Source of the DNA: Macrostomum hystrix
Lineage: Eukaryota > Animalia > Platyhelminthes
DNA length: 64,000 nucleotides
Assembly (NCBI GenBank): GCA_950097015.1
Contig: CATNEN010000001.1
Coordinates: 16,492,001 to 16,556,000 of the forward strand
Reading direction: 5' to 3'
Both the position numbers and the translations under genes were made by a program. Positions 1 to 12,800 of the stretch are shown here, one piece after another (positions within the stretch are counted from its first letter, which is position 1; each line of letters begins with the position of its first letter). The notes below the pieces were generated by a model that did no database searches, was not told the DNA's origin, and was given only the letters and a program-made list of their open reading frames with translations.

Positions 1-612
1 ATTTCTAATCCATTTTATTAGGCTGGAATGTCACCTTGAAAAGTTGACGAAATACATGCGAAAACAATTCAAGTTAAGTTCTAGCCGATTGCTAGCTACT
101 GTTTCCATACTCTGAGGTAGTATGTTTTCTAAACTATTTTTGGACGGGAAGTTTATTCCAGGTGGTCCGAGCTCGATGTCTTTTGTAAAAAAAGTTATGA
201 CCATTTTCTTACTTTTTAGTAATTTTATCGACTATGAAGACTGTCAGTAGTATATGGCTGTCGTAGGTGTCCCAATAGATTTGAGCACAGTTTATCGAGT
301 CGGATCCAATTGAAAATCAATCTAGAAATGATTTCCTACACGACTGAGTTGGTTTCATGATTTCAAATGATTTCTACTCGAACTTATTAACCTGGAAAGT
401 CACCTAGAAAATTTGACAAAATACATGCGAAAACAATTCAAGTACCTAGCCGATTGCTAGCTACTGCTTCCATACTCTGAGGTAGTATGTTTTCTAAACT
501 ATTTTGGACGGGAAGTTCATTCCAGGTGGTCCGAGCTCGATGTCTTGTAAAAAATTTTATGACCATTTTCTTACTTTTTAGTCATTTTTCGACTCTGGCT
601 GTCAGTAGTATA
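1..612. repeat. ~370-bp AT-rich tandem duplication (third partial copy at ~1975-2175)
   Basis: 'ctggaa..gtcacct..gaaaa.ttgac.aaatacatgcgaaaacaattcaagt...ctgtcagtagtata' occurs at ~23-255 and ~393-612; the following part of the unit recurs at ~1975-2175. Confidence 0.8.
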
Positions 613-1830
613 CTTGGGGCCTGAGGGACTGGCTCCAAAACCCATATACCCGAGCTGGCTCCCAATATAAGCGACTGCACTGCTTGAAACTTCTTTTTCG
701 TGGAATTTTTAACTACCTTTCATTCTACATTTAAATTTACTTTTAACATACGAACCGTACGTTTCTAATCATATTTTCTTTTCAATGGCTGAAATTTCGA
801 GCATCGAGAAATTACTTGATTCTGCTGTCTTGGCTCATGTACAGATCCCTGGGCGCTTCCCTGCCTCCACACCTTTTGCTTTTCATGCATTGGAGGCCTA
901 GAGCACCACCAGCAATTCCTCAACTGCCCTATGTGTAGGCAAGTGCACTACGTGCCTGACAGCAAATTTGCCGAAGAACTTTTTTTGATTTTTTGAGCAA
1001 ATCCGCTTGGCCATAGATAGCGATGACTCTTTTTTAGCGGATATGTTCGAGTTGTGGGAGTAATATCCCCAACAACGTTTTTTCTGTATTTTGCAATGCG
1101 CAGCACCTCCTCAGCGGCTGCCAAGGCAGCTACTGAAGGTGAGTGTATCTGATCTTGGCCACATTGACTTTTCAAGGTTGTATGTAGGCCAATATTCTGA
1201 AGCAGAATCGCAGAATTCTATCGGATGTGAGCCTGGACATTCAAAGCAGTTCAGCAACGGTACTTTTAGTCGACCATGGCATGATCGCTCGAAAGCTGTT
1301 GTCTGAATTGTTTGAGGTTCAGGCCTATGATTCAAATCTGGCTTCCATTATGGAAGCACCAGATCGTGCGATTCGATGCAGGCTGAAAGTGGCTGGCTGA
1401 ATTTCCATCCTATTTCGGCTCGCTCGCTTCAGAAATGATGCGTAAATTGGCATTAGGCTCACAGTCACGCATCGTTATGCGGACTGGCTGGCAGACCTAT
1501 GCCGATGTCTACGCTCCGCAGCCGCCAGCTAGAACTTTGCACCACCCCGTGGACTTGTACAGCTACAACGAAGCCGGCATTACGGTACAAATGGTTGCCG
1601 CTGGGATTTTGAAGCGCGGTTAATGCTCACAGACGCAAGTCTGTCGAGGCGTCCTTCGTCAATGTGCTCAGAACTGGGTTGCCCACAGACGCAAGTCTGT
1701 CGAGGCGTCCAGCTCCAGGCTGATAACAACTGTGATGCCCGCGGAAGAAAATCCGCTGAGGCGTCCAGCTTCAGGCTGAGAATTACTGTGATGCCCGCAG
1801 ACGCAGGTCCGCAGAGGCTCCCAACCTCAG

Positions 1831-1911
1831 GGTTGAACTCCGCCATAGCCGGTCCCAAGCCCGGTTGCGAAAGGAGGGTTAGAATGGGGCTGCCAAACCC
1901 ATCCAGTAAAA
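1831..1911 (+). ncRNA. Degenerate twister-ribozyme motif, typical of RTE-type retrotransposon 5' ends
   Basis: aactccgcc-ata-gccggtcccaagcccgg-ttgcg-aaaggagggtt followed by atggggctgccaaacccatccagtaaaa; the core GCCGGUCCCAAGCCCGG matches the twister consensus; cleavage-site UAA reads GAA and one GAG is missing. Confidence 0.65.
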
Positions 1912-3220
1912 TCCTGTCGCGTTTTCCGTTAATAAAATAGAGTAGAAATCATAAATAGTATGGGCGTTGTAGCTTTTCTATCAATTTTAGTCAATTTTCC
2001 GACCCTGCTACTGTCAGTAAAGTGGATTTAAGCACAGTTTACCCGAGTCGAATTCGATCGGAAATCAATTAAAAAATAATTTCCTACGCTACTGAGTTGG
2101 TTTTACGATTTTAAATGAATTCTACTCGATTTTATTAACCTGGAAAGTTACCTAGAAAAGTTGACGAAATACATAGAAAGATACACTACAATTGGAGGAA
2201 ACAAACATACTGTTATTTGTTACTGTATCACTCAACTTTCGGCTCTCCAGAATAAAATATCAAGCTATCGTATTTCCATAAGTTCTGATTTCAGAACTTC
2301 AGAGTCTGACTCCCCCGAGCAGCTCCTTTGCTCGCCTACCTGAGCTCCATACATGGCTACAAAATGGCTACAAGATTAATAGATTAGACACTGAAACAGC
2401 ACAGCTAGCGCTAGGCTGGGAGACTGAGTCCTATAACAACTTTGAATCACAATATAAAGTTCCATGGCCTCATTTGAGTGCTTTCTTTTTGCCCAATCAA
2501 GACCAACTCTAAAGGCTAAAGTTAAAATGGAATTTTTTTATTTTTTAAAGTAATTATTTTAATTATTAACTAGTTAACTAGTTTTTTGAATAACTTGCCC
2601 AACATTGTCAATATGAATATCAATTAGCTTATAAATTTAATTTTGTATTGTCGACAACTACAATTGGTATCTTAGTATCTATTCACTTCACTGCCAAATA
2701 GCAGTCATGACATCCAATTAGCCCCATTCTTTCAACTTGCATTTTATTTTTACTTTGCATTTATACATTTCTTTTTTAGAGTCAAAGCAGACTGGTGCTG
2801 TTCGTGCATGGGGGGCTCACATGCCAAGCATTGCAGCAAAAGGCAAGTTGGCTGCCTTATCTGCCTCTACCTCTGCTGCAGCCACATCTAATTGGCAACC
2901 TCAGCCTCAGCAAAAAAGCGACCTTCAAAGAAGGACCAGCATTATTGTGTAGTGCCTACAGTCTGGGCTGCCCATAAAGAAGTGCTCTAATAGACGGGCC
3001 TTCAATCACGACATTGAACGACATGTTTCAACATAAGTAGTAGCTTGATTATTTATTTATTATATTGTATCTTTATAGAGATCTTCTAGTGTATATACTG
3101 AATCTCTGGAAGTTAATTACAAATTTGCAAATATATCCTTTCATTCACAGGCATCATAAACATGGCACTAGAACACCGCACTTTGACAGGCCTGACACCC
3201 AAATTGTTAGGCAAATTCTG

Positions 3221-3560
3221 CCCCGGTTGAAAAACTGAGCGGGCCTCAGCGGGCTTTTGAGCGGGCCATTAGCGGGCCGAAGCGAATCGGCCCGTATTAC
3301 AGGCCTTTTCCAACAAATTGGCCCGCTGAAACCCGGACCGCTCAGAAGCCCGCTGATTAGCCCGCTAATGGCCCGCTCGAAACCGACCCGCAGATCGGCC
3401 CGCTGAATAGCCCGCCGGTTGGCCAACTCAGTGGCCCGTTCTACAGCGGCCCGCTGCAAGGCCCACTGGTTGGCCCGCTGGTTGGCCCGCTCTAAACCGG
3501 CCAGCTGCACGGCCCACTAGTTGGCCCGCCAGTTGGCCCGTTCTAAACCGGCCCGGACGA
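3221..3560. repeat. GC-rich array of GGCCCG(C) motifs in both orientations starting with CCCCGGTTGAAAAA; probable subterminal region of a second CMC-type DNA transposon
   Basis: Many ggcccg/cgggcc units; CCC start resembles animal EnSpm termini; partner end not found in the window. Confidence 0.45.
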
Positions 3561-4974
3561 CCACCTCTGGCAATTGCGAAGACCGAGTTGTCGCTCGACG
3601 CCCAAACCATCTTTGACAGAGCCGTGAGCACCGTTACCGAGCACGCCGGATCCGCCGGTGTCACGCCACCGGTGCAAAATCGCGTCAAGGTGCTGAAAAA
3701 GTCAAGGCGACGCGGTCGAGCTGCCCATGAGTACCGTCTGGTGTACTTAGGGCATAAATCGAATGTCCAATAAATGACCTTGGCCGTCGCCATTGTAGGG
3801 ACGTGGGCGGCCTATGGGCCGTGTAAGTAATCAATGTAGGCCACGTTAGTAATTCCGGAACGTGTAGTTAGCCGCAGCTTCAATCACTAGTAGTTTCTGC
3901 CCGCCACAATTAAGAGTGTACAACAGAATATAGCGTGTATAGCATCTGATTAGATTCCGCTTGAACCGTACAAAGACCGCCACGTTTTAGAAAGAGCACG
4001 CCAATTTCACAAGTTTATTTACCACGGGATATGCCATAATGCATGTCTGCTTAATCATATATATAACCTCCCGATGTATTTGCATTATTGTATTTCATTG
4101 TATATACTCATATATTACCGTATATTATTGCGTAAGGACCCAATTTCTCACAATTAATATGGCAAGGTGCCTGTATAAATTTCAGCGAATCCAATTTGCG
4201 TTCTTTTACTAGTAATAGTCACTTAGTTTACCTTTTCATTGCTTATATTGCTTACATTGCTTACATTGCTTATATTGCTTATATATATACAGCATTTGTG
4301 CCGTATACAGGCCAATCAGGTCAATCGTTCGTTCGCTAATCAAGTTTGTCAAGGGTCTCTATTTACTAGTAACGTAATAGTAATATTGTTAATTATTTAC
4401 CTGTGCACAGGGAAGCAGCATGGTAATCTCCAAGCTCAGATGTGTGTCCGACAAACTTGCATGTGCAAAACAGACGACATACACTTGCTTTTCAGAACGA
4501 CCTAAGCCCTAGAGAAGTTAACTTCTCCGCCATCATGGATGACCTCCTTCGAGACGTGGCGCGAACTATGTCGCCGACTCTTGTCGACCTGATCGGTTAC
4601 CGGTCCTCAGCTGATTGGGCAGTCGCAGGATCCTATGTCTGACGCAGGGCCGGCTGGCTCGACTGCGAACGACGCCAAATGACGATCAGCTTCGCTACAA
4701 CGCCGAGACGCAGCTCGGTTCGCCGTCTATGTTTGACGACATTGAGCCGGCTGGTTCGACTGCGAACGACGCCAATGACGATCAGCTTCGCATCTTGGGC
4801 TGGTCGACAGGTGAAAGAAGAGAAAGCGGCTGAGCTGGATAACCCCAAGAAGGCAGCCATAGGGTCCTACCTGGCCAGTAAACTTGTCTCAGAGGAGGAC
4901 AAAAAACTATTAACAGACGCCGAACTCGGCGAGGTCTTCCGCCGTACAGCCAGGACCGTACGGGATCGGGAGAG

Positions 4975-6813
4975 TTCGTCGGTTCATTGGGTAATCGGGG
5001 TGGCCCATCGCCGCTTCGATTCCCCGTTGACAGGCTGGCGCGAATGTGGGTTATTTTGATGGATGACGAGGTTGGCGTGCTGCAAGACTATTTAAGCAAG
5101 CGCGCTGCGCTGCTCCCTCTAGGACCTTCCCGGCGGACCATCTCCGACCTTCCTCTCCCCCGCTGGACTTACCTTTGCCGGGCCGGACTCCCACCGGACT
5201 CAGAGCACTTACTCCGGACCCAGTTCCCCCCATATAGGGCTTAGACCCGAGAGCTATAAGCTCAGATCAGCGCTCACAGGCCCATTGCCTGCTCCCATCG
5301 CTCTTGTAGCGACAGCCACCTCTTTAGGTGAGCCTTCTAATTGAGCCTTTGAGCTCCTGGTGCGTTGGCCCCTGCCAGCATCGCAATAAGCTTATCCCTT
5401 CTCTGCCTTTGCTATTTTTGCCCCACCTCTCCCCGAGAACTACGGGATTGCAGCACGCGGCCGAACAACTCCGGATAAGTAACCCGCGCAGCGGTCTTTA
5501 ATTGCTAACCCTAAGGGACTATTTATTAGGCTAGGCGGCACTTTAGTGAGCAAGGGGCAGGACTTTTGGCTTAATAAACGTTACAATTCTAGCCACTAAT
5601 TACTTAAGGCCAATTTAAGAACAATCTAAATCCTCTCATCCCGTGTTCGCCTCTATTTTTATTTGTTAGACACCTGTTAGACAGCCCTCAGATATGAGTG
5701 GCTAATCTCCTAGGGGTGGGCTCTGGTGATGCCGAGCCGAAGGCTGCGGCAGGAAGACAACTGTACGCGCGCATAAGAGTAACAAGGAGCTAGGGATTCG
5801 CGAGTTAAATGCGGGATGTAGCGTGTACATTGCTGTCTAGTGGCGGGGGATTCCTTGGCCGGCTTTCCTCGCTTACTGGCGGATTCCAGTGTGCGCGTCA
5901 AATTCCTTTGCCAATTGAATTCTCCTACTTTTCCCCGCCTCTCGTGACCGCGGCCATGGGAGCGAGAGGTGTGATCTAATAATGATCGCTCGCATAATCA
6001 CTCAGCCAGTGTTCTGCTTAATCTCTCCAGCCTCTGACTTCCTTAACTCACACAGATTCGGATTTGCTAGTTACTTAATGTGTAGGCTGCAATCTAATGT
6101 AAAGAATGTGTCTGATGTTTCATGAGTAGGATTCCGGCTATGGATTCTCATTCGAGTTCGGAGTACCACCTTTCTAGACCCCTGTAGCGCGAATTCAGGA
6201 ATCCCCTTTTGAGGCGTGTCTCGATCCATTCTGGGGCTCTCACCCCAGTCTAAAACGGAAGTTGCAGAATGCCCTATTTTTCGGCTTGTCTAGATCTGCG
6301 TGATAAAGTAGGAGCTGTGTACTCCGGGGACCCAAGTTCCCAAATGTCTGCGGTGGCAACGTAGGCGCATTGGGTGGTGGCGCTACCCTCGATCAACTAT
6401 CCGCTTTGCCGATAGCCTTTCCGCAGTTCTGTGACAGAGGCCTAGGCCGATTCGACCACCGCTACCAAGGTTAGGAGTCAGTTGCGCACGCACTACTGAC
6501 GACAGAAGACTAGTTAGCCCTGTCCTGTCTGATTCCGAGCAGTCCGACCCTCTCCTTAGACTTTTAGCCGGTTTCGAGCACTGCTTGGGGTAGGCACGGC
6601 TGACATGCCTGTGGCCTATGGGACGAGTGGGACTGGCCAGCCTGAGGCCGATAGGACCACTCCCTGCACCCGCTGAACCTCTCTTAATCTCCTCCCTCTC
6701 TCCGCGAAATCTCGCGTGTAGCTAAGCGGTCATTTAAGTCGACTCTGTCGCCCGCCCTAGGAATCGTCTCCCATGAGTGCAGGTCAGCGCTTGCAAAACA
6801 CCCACCCATTTCA
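4975..6813 (+). mobile_element. 5' LTR (3' portion; true start lies further left, not resolved) of a Gypsy-like element
   Basis: Homologous to the inverted solo LTR 11986-14309 and to 26680-27586; ends ...catttCA directly before the PBS; AATAAA at ~5573. Confidence 0.8.
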
Positions 6814-6815
6814 AA

Positions 6816-6833
6816 TGGTGGCAGCGGTGGGAT
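6816..6833 (+). promoter_or_regulatory. Primer-binding site complementary to tRNA-Leu 3' end
   Basis: TGGTGGCAGCGGTGGGAT, 2 nt after the LTR terminal CA. Confidence 0.85.
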
Positions 6834-7181
6834 CTAGAAAGGGCGCGAAACGAACTTGAAATTTCAATTGTTAGTTTAGCGCTGCAGATTAATGTCCGCG
6901 GCCGCGGCTCCTTCTAGATTTCATTTTTCCGTATGCCGAAATCTTATCTCGAAAGAGTGAATCTCAGTTCTAGTGACTGTCATTTAATTTTCGAACAGTT
7001 GCAAATTGACTCAGAATTTAATGTAAGGCTTTTGTTAGAGTTTCCAAAATTCTGATTAGTGACTTTCGACTATGAGTAGGCTGTGTGAGCGGACTTCATG
7101 CTAGAGTGTCTTCGGGTCATGTGGCTACTGCAGGAGTTGGGGACTGTCTGCGGGGTTTTCCGGCGTGACTGTTCCGGGCAA

Positions 7182-7730
7182 GGGTAGTCTAAACGCAGTA
7201 ACCGGGCTTTAGCCCTACGGACTCCTAACCGAGCGAGATCCCGGGTGTATTCACCCTGGGCTTTCCAGTCTTGTAAATCGCGGAGGTGAGCCCCCGGCCA
7301 ACCCCCCGGGAATTAAGGGCCCTCTGAGCGAATTCGGGGATTAGCTTCTTCTTGGGCGTCACGGAAGGCCTGCTTACATGTACCTGATTCTGAAGGTGCC
7401 ACGTAACTTTGACCAAGTCTAACTTAGGGGCGGAATAGTTAAGGGAGTCGGGACCCTGAGGGAGTCTAACGACACCCGTGCCCGCGCCCTGAAACTGCCG
7501 ACCTTGGGGATAGGCTAGAAATCGGTCGGCACGTCCTTTCTAAGAAGCTCTCTGAAGGGTAGTCTTAACGCAGTATCCGGGCTTTTGCCCTACGGACTCC
7601 TAAGCCGAGGAGAGGCTCCAGATGAGAAATACCTGGTCTTCCCAGCCTTGTAAATCGTGGAGGTGAGCCCCCGGCCAACCCCCCGGGAATTAAGGGCCCT
7701 CTGAGCGAATCGGGAATTAGCCTTCTTTGA
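7182..7730 (+). repeat. Duplicated ~150-170-nt structured module in retroelement leader (~7182-7333 and ~7557-7730)
   Basis: gggtagtct.aacgcagta.ccgggcttt.gccctacggactccta...ggaggtgagcccccggccaaccccc.gggaattaagggccctctgagcgaat is present twice. Confidence 0.8.
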
Positions 7731-8660
7731 GTGACTTATAAAGTCGTGTACTTTCCAAAGTAGGGTGATAGGCTGCTGCAGGCGCTGCCTGCAGTAGTAC
7801 TGGCCCGCCGTACCTGTAGTGTAACAGTTCGCTATAGGGTTGCAGAATGAGTGCTAGTTAAAACTTAGACTCCTATGTCCCAGTTTCGAGTGCGCGCAAG
7901 CAGTTGTCGGAAGCCGAGGCTGGAAGCAAGAGCTAGCCAGGGCCCCAGGCCCTTTCTCTCCCTTCATTGATCCTCTGATCCCTGTTTTACCACTGCAATT
8001 GCAGGATCTCATTCACTAGGAGTCAGGAACTCCCCATATCATTTTTGCGAGGTCAGGTGACGCAAGAGCACCGGGCCTACTCGCTCTCTCTTTCCACGGC
8101 CCCCAGTCGTGCCCTGAGCATTCCGCTCACTCTATTGTCGCATTCCCGGGGAACTTTATTTCCATTTTTTTGTCCATTATCTGTCCGTTTCTGTCCGTTT
8201 TTAGATGGACATGGCACAAAACTGGAACAGCATGTCCGTTTTCTAATTTGTGGACACTGACAGGACAAAAAATGGACATTGGCGGACTTAACACAAAAGT
8301 GGACAAAAATTGGAAATAAAAGCGGATTAAAAAGGACAAGCATTTGTGCCTTGTACATTTCTGTTGTCCATTTTTTTGTCCGTTTATCTGCAAACATCTT
8401 GTGGACAAAAAGTGGAATTAAAAAAGGAAAATACTGGACTTAGCAAACAATCGGACAGAAGCTGGACGTAAATGCAGTCAAAAGTGGACAAATTGTGCTT
8501 CCATGTCCGCTTTTATATCCAAATTGTTGGCCGCTTCGTCGTCCAACGTTCACGGACACAAATCGGACATCTAATCAGACGAATTATGAAATAGTGAAAG
8601 TTTTCAGTAAATTTTGAAATAGTGCAGGCAGCATCTACTGTATATAGAATGAGATGCTTA

Positions 8661-9512
8661 TGTAGTGAGCCGTAGCTTAGGTGGCTCCCTTTTCCCGGCA
8701 CTGAGTGGCTGTCCGGCCCGCTCTCTCTGGCGCTGTCCGGTCTGCCCTCTTTGTCCTCCCTTTCCCACGGCAGCGCTTGCACTTAGTGTGTTGTCTCTCC
8801 CCCAGGGATGAGTCATCACCTCTTTGTCTCGCGCTGGCCAGTCCCTTTCTTTGTGTGCGCGTTTGTCTGCACTCAGTCAGCGCATGATTCTCCTCATGTG
8901 ACTGGCCTCTCTCTTTGTCTCCTAAAGTGCACGTAAACATGTTTACTGCACTTGGGGCTTTGATTATGGGACAGGAGCCTACGTAGGAGTGACGTTTTGG
9001 CGCCACTGACGTCAGTTGCTATTTTTAGAAACCACGTGAGCCCATCACGTGCTTTCTAACGTAGCACTGACCCTATGGGAGGCCCTTGCCTATAAAAGAA
9101 AGGCCCCGCTCCTCTGGTTCTCTATCCCTTGTGCAGCCCTTGTTCAAACCTTCTCTTGATAACCGTCATACTTGTTCTCTGTGCCATCAGTGTCTAAGTT
9201 TCCTACTTCAGTCTCTGCATGTGACTGCTCGTAAGCTCTGTTCTGGCTAAGCCCTGAAACTAACTTAGCCTTCCACCCCACCATCCGAGCTACGCAGGAC
9301 ACTGACAGCCTGTAATTGCAACTGGAACTCTGCACTGTGTGCTTCTCGAGACTTTGTGACTTCGTTTCTTTCGGGCCAAGGATCCTTCACCTCACCGAAG
9401 GCAGAAGTCCTGACGCCCTGGTGGCAGCGCTACTACTACACTACCTGATATTCTTGGACTTCATATTGGAGTCCGCCGGATCCTCATTGTTAGCAGGACG
9501 ACCGGTACAACA
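8661..9512 (+). mobile_element. Solo LTR (852 bp) nested in the CACTA element
   Basis: TG...CA termini (tgtagtg...tacaaca), CTTA 4-bp TSD at 8657-8660 and 9513-9516, TATAAAA at 9091. Confidence 0.75.
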
Positions 9513-9563
9513 CTTAACTCCGCCAAAGCTTGTCCCAAGCCCAGTTGCAAAAGGAGGAGGGTG
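9511..9563 (+). ncRNA. Twister-ribozyme-like motif upstream of the transposase
   Basis: TAACTCCGCC-aaa-GCTTGTCCCAAGCCCAG-ttgc-AAAAGGAGGAGGGT versus twister consensus UAACUCCGCC..GCCGGUCCCAAGCCCGG..AAAGGAGGAGGGU; P4 has one compensatory change and one mismatch. Confidence 0.7.
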
Positions 9564-9804
9564 GAATGAGACAGTGTCATTTCATAAAGCATGTATATAA
9601 CCGTAGTGCTCGGAACTAAGGAGACGTTATTTTATGATAATATAACAAGTCAGAAATAAATTATATGGGGACATATTTGTTCATTTTTTATATGTTGACG
9701 TGCTCATATGTTAATATGAACGAGTTATTTTTGTGTCAGTATATTCATATACTGTATTTCAGTAAAAAGTGTATTAATAATTGCACCTAAATTGCAGCAC
9801 GGCC

Positions 9805-12800
9805 ATGGATGACGAACAAAACCGGCAGAGAAGGCGCGCGGAGAAAAGACGTCTCGCCATGCAACGCAAACGTGCTGATGTAGCGTTGGCAAATGCACTT
9901 ACCGCCATTTCAAATGCCTTTGTCCGTGTGCCTGATGGTGCTTCTAGTAGTTCGGTCGTCCGTTGTTCGAACGTATCCGCCACCAACGCAGAATCAGAGT
10001 CGGATTCTGAGTCGCACGCCAACGCAGGATCAGAATCGGATTCTGAGTCGCACGCCAACGCAGGATCAGAGTCGGATTCTGAGTCGCACGCCAACGCAGG
10101 ATCAGAGTCGGATTCTGAGTCGCACGCCAACGCAGGATCAGAGTCGGATTCTGAGTCGCACGCCAATGCAGGATCAGAGTCGGATTCTGAGTCGCACGCC
10201 AACGCAGGATCAGAGTCGGATTCTGAGTCGCACGCCAATGCAGGATCAGAGTCGGATTCTGAGTCGCACGCCAACGCAGGATCAGAGTCGGATTCTGAGT
10301 CGTACATCAACTCGGACGCAGACATGGAATCCGGTGCAACTGTTGACGGCAATGCAGGTGTCAACCAGGTGACTGACGCCAATTCGGACAGCGAAGCTGG
10401 CGACAATTCTAACGAGGTATATCCTTAAATATCCTCAATAACATATAGATTATTGGGAATTGACTTAACTGTTTCATGAGTCCTTTTTTTACATCTACTT
10501 ACGGCGGTATAACAATGATCCCAAAAAATTCAACAGGAAAACGTCATAAATGACGCGATGCGTCAGCCGTATCACGATGCTCACCCATCGGTCTCGTTGA
10601 GCGCGGCTATCAGTGAAATTATTGTCTGCTGCAAAGACTTAAGGCTTGGAGATTCCGGTACGAGGCGGATTTTATCAATGGTCCATGCTCTTGTGCCCAA
10701 CAGTCGGCTTCCCAGTTCAGTGAAGAAGCTAAAAAGCTGCACCGCAACATCAGCTATTGACTCTTCGAAGTGCTTCATCGTTTGCAACAGCTGTCATGGT
10801 CATTCGGTTGGTCGATGCTACAAAGGCGCAATCTGCGAGCACTGTGACTCAAACGACATTGCCGACTTCTGGATCCTCGACGTGAAGAGGCAACTTCGTG
10901 TGCTTATTGAGTCACGTGGTCTATTGCAAAACGTCACTTTTCCAGCAGACAGTCCGAACGATGCAGGTAAAGGCTTATGCAAAATCATTTCAGTAAGTGC
11001 AATGAGTATAATAATAATAATGAATATAATAGTGCTATTTCTGTGCATGTCGCCTAACCAGGATTTCTAAGCACCACGAACTGCATCCTGTATCGCGAGT
11101 TCAAAGACGTCATTCGACTAGAAGACAGAAGTGACCTGTCGTACACATTTGCATCGGACGGGTTTGCCACGTTTAGGACTAGCCACGTCGAAATGTGTCC
11201 AGTATACCTGAGCATTAACGAGGTACACAGCAGTCTACGGCTCAGATACGTGGTAGTTGTCGGCTTATGGGCCAACAAGCGGAAAGTACACTCGTCTGCC
11301 TTCCTACCACTTGTTGTACGCGAACTGAACGAATTACGCGAAAGCGGCGTCCCGTATGCTCTGGAAGGCGGAGATCTCCGCTGTTTAAGATTGCATCCCT
11401 TACTGGGGTTATTCGATGCGCCAGCGAGAGCGGACGCTTTTGGAATGCGGCGATTCTCGGCCAAGTATTTGCACTTTAGTAGCCAAAATGGAGTCGATAA
11501 TTTAAGTACAACGTCATTTTAAAATGCACATATACCTATCGATCTTTAAGATACGGCTGCGAGAGGTGCTACATTGTAACATCGCCTCAGGAAGGCGGGG
11601 CCGGGCGACTATTTCCCGTCCACGTCTCCACGCAGATGCGCCGTTCTGCCGAGCGACAAGGATGCACACAAACAGCAGTGCGAAATATGGCGGATACTGT
11701 AGCTATTGTGGAGCACCGCCGCATTCATAATGCCGCACCCCAATCTGACACACTCGGTGTCAAGTGTCTGTCGCCACTTTCCAGCCTTGGAGGATTTGAT
11801 TTCCTGCGGTCCTGTCCACCGTGCTATCTTCATCAGCTGCTCTCAGGCCCTCCCAAGAGGATGCTGTTGCAAATGTTTCTGCCTATTTGTGAGAAGCCTG
11901 AAAAGGGCGCATCCAAGTGTCCAAATCGATGTTCGGTTGGGAAATATCGTGCTGCCGCGGTGAGGTCAACGTCAATTAATCGATGTGAAATTGTTGCGGG
12001 TTTGCAAACCGATGGTCTGTCCTCGTGAAGGAAAGGAGTGTGGGGATGGCGATAGAGTCAGAAGTCGTACCGCAAAGTCTCGCGAGTTGCCGCGGAAAGA
12101 GGGATGAAGGGAGAGATGAAGGGAGAGACAGTGGATGCAGGGAGTGGTCCTCTCGGCCTCAGGCTGGCCAGTCCCACTCAACCCATAGGCCACAGGCATG
12201 ACTGCCGTGCCTACCCCAAGCAGTGCTCGAAACCGGCTAAAAGTCTAAACAGATGTCGGACTACCCGCAAGCGGATAGGACAGGGCTATGTAGCCTACTG
12301 TCATCAGTAGCATGTTCATAACTGACCCCTAACCTTGGTAGCAGTGGTCGACTCGGCCTAGCCTCTTGTCTTAGAAATGCGGAAAGGCTATCGGCAAAGC
12401 GGAAAATGATCTAGGGTAGCGCCACCACCCAATGCGCCTACGTTGCCACCGCAGACATTTGGGAACTTGGGTCCCCGGAGCTCGCAGCTCCTAGTTTGTC
12501 ACACAGATCTTAGACAAGCCGAAAAATAGAGCCTTCTGTAACTTCCGTTTTAGACTAGGGTGAAAACCCCAGAATGGATCGAGACACGCCTCACCAGGGG
12601 ATTCCTGAATCTGCGCTACAGTGGTCTAGAAAGGTGGTACTCAGAACCTGAAAGAGAAATCCATAGCCAGAATCCTACTCATGGGACATCAGACACATTC
12701 GGTACATTAGACTGCAGCCTACACATTAGATAACTAGCAATCCGAGTCTGTGTGAGCTGAGGAAAACAGAGGCAGGAGAGATTAAGCTGAACACTGGCTG

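Noticed and set aside
840-3000. Coding-like fragments (948-1335 minus, 2737-2977 plus)
   Set aside because: Interrupted by stops with no motif I can confidently recognise
9774-10406. Minus-strand and alternate-frame ORFs over the 36-bp repeat (likewise at 15972-16481)
   Set aside because: Shadow ORFs of repeats within plus-strand genes
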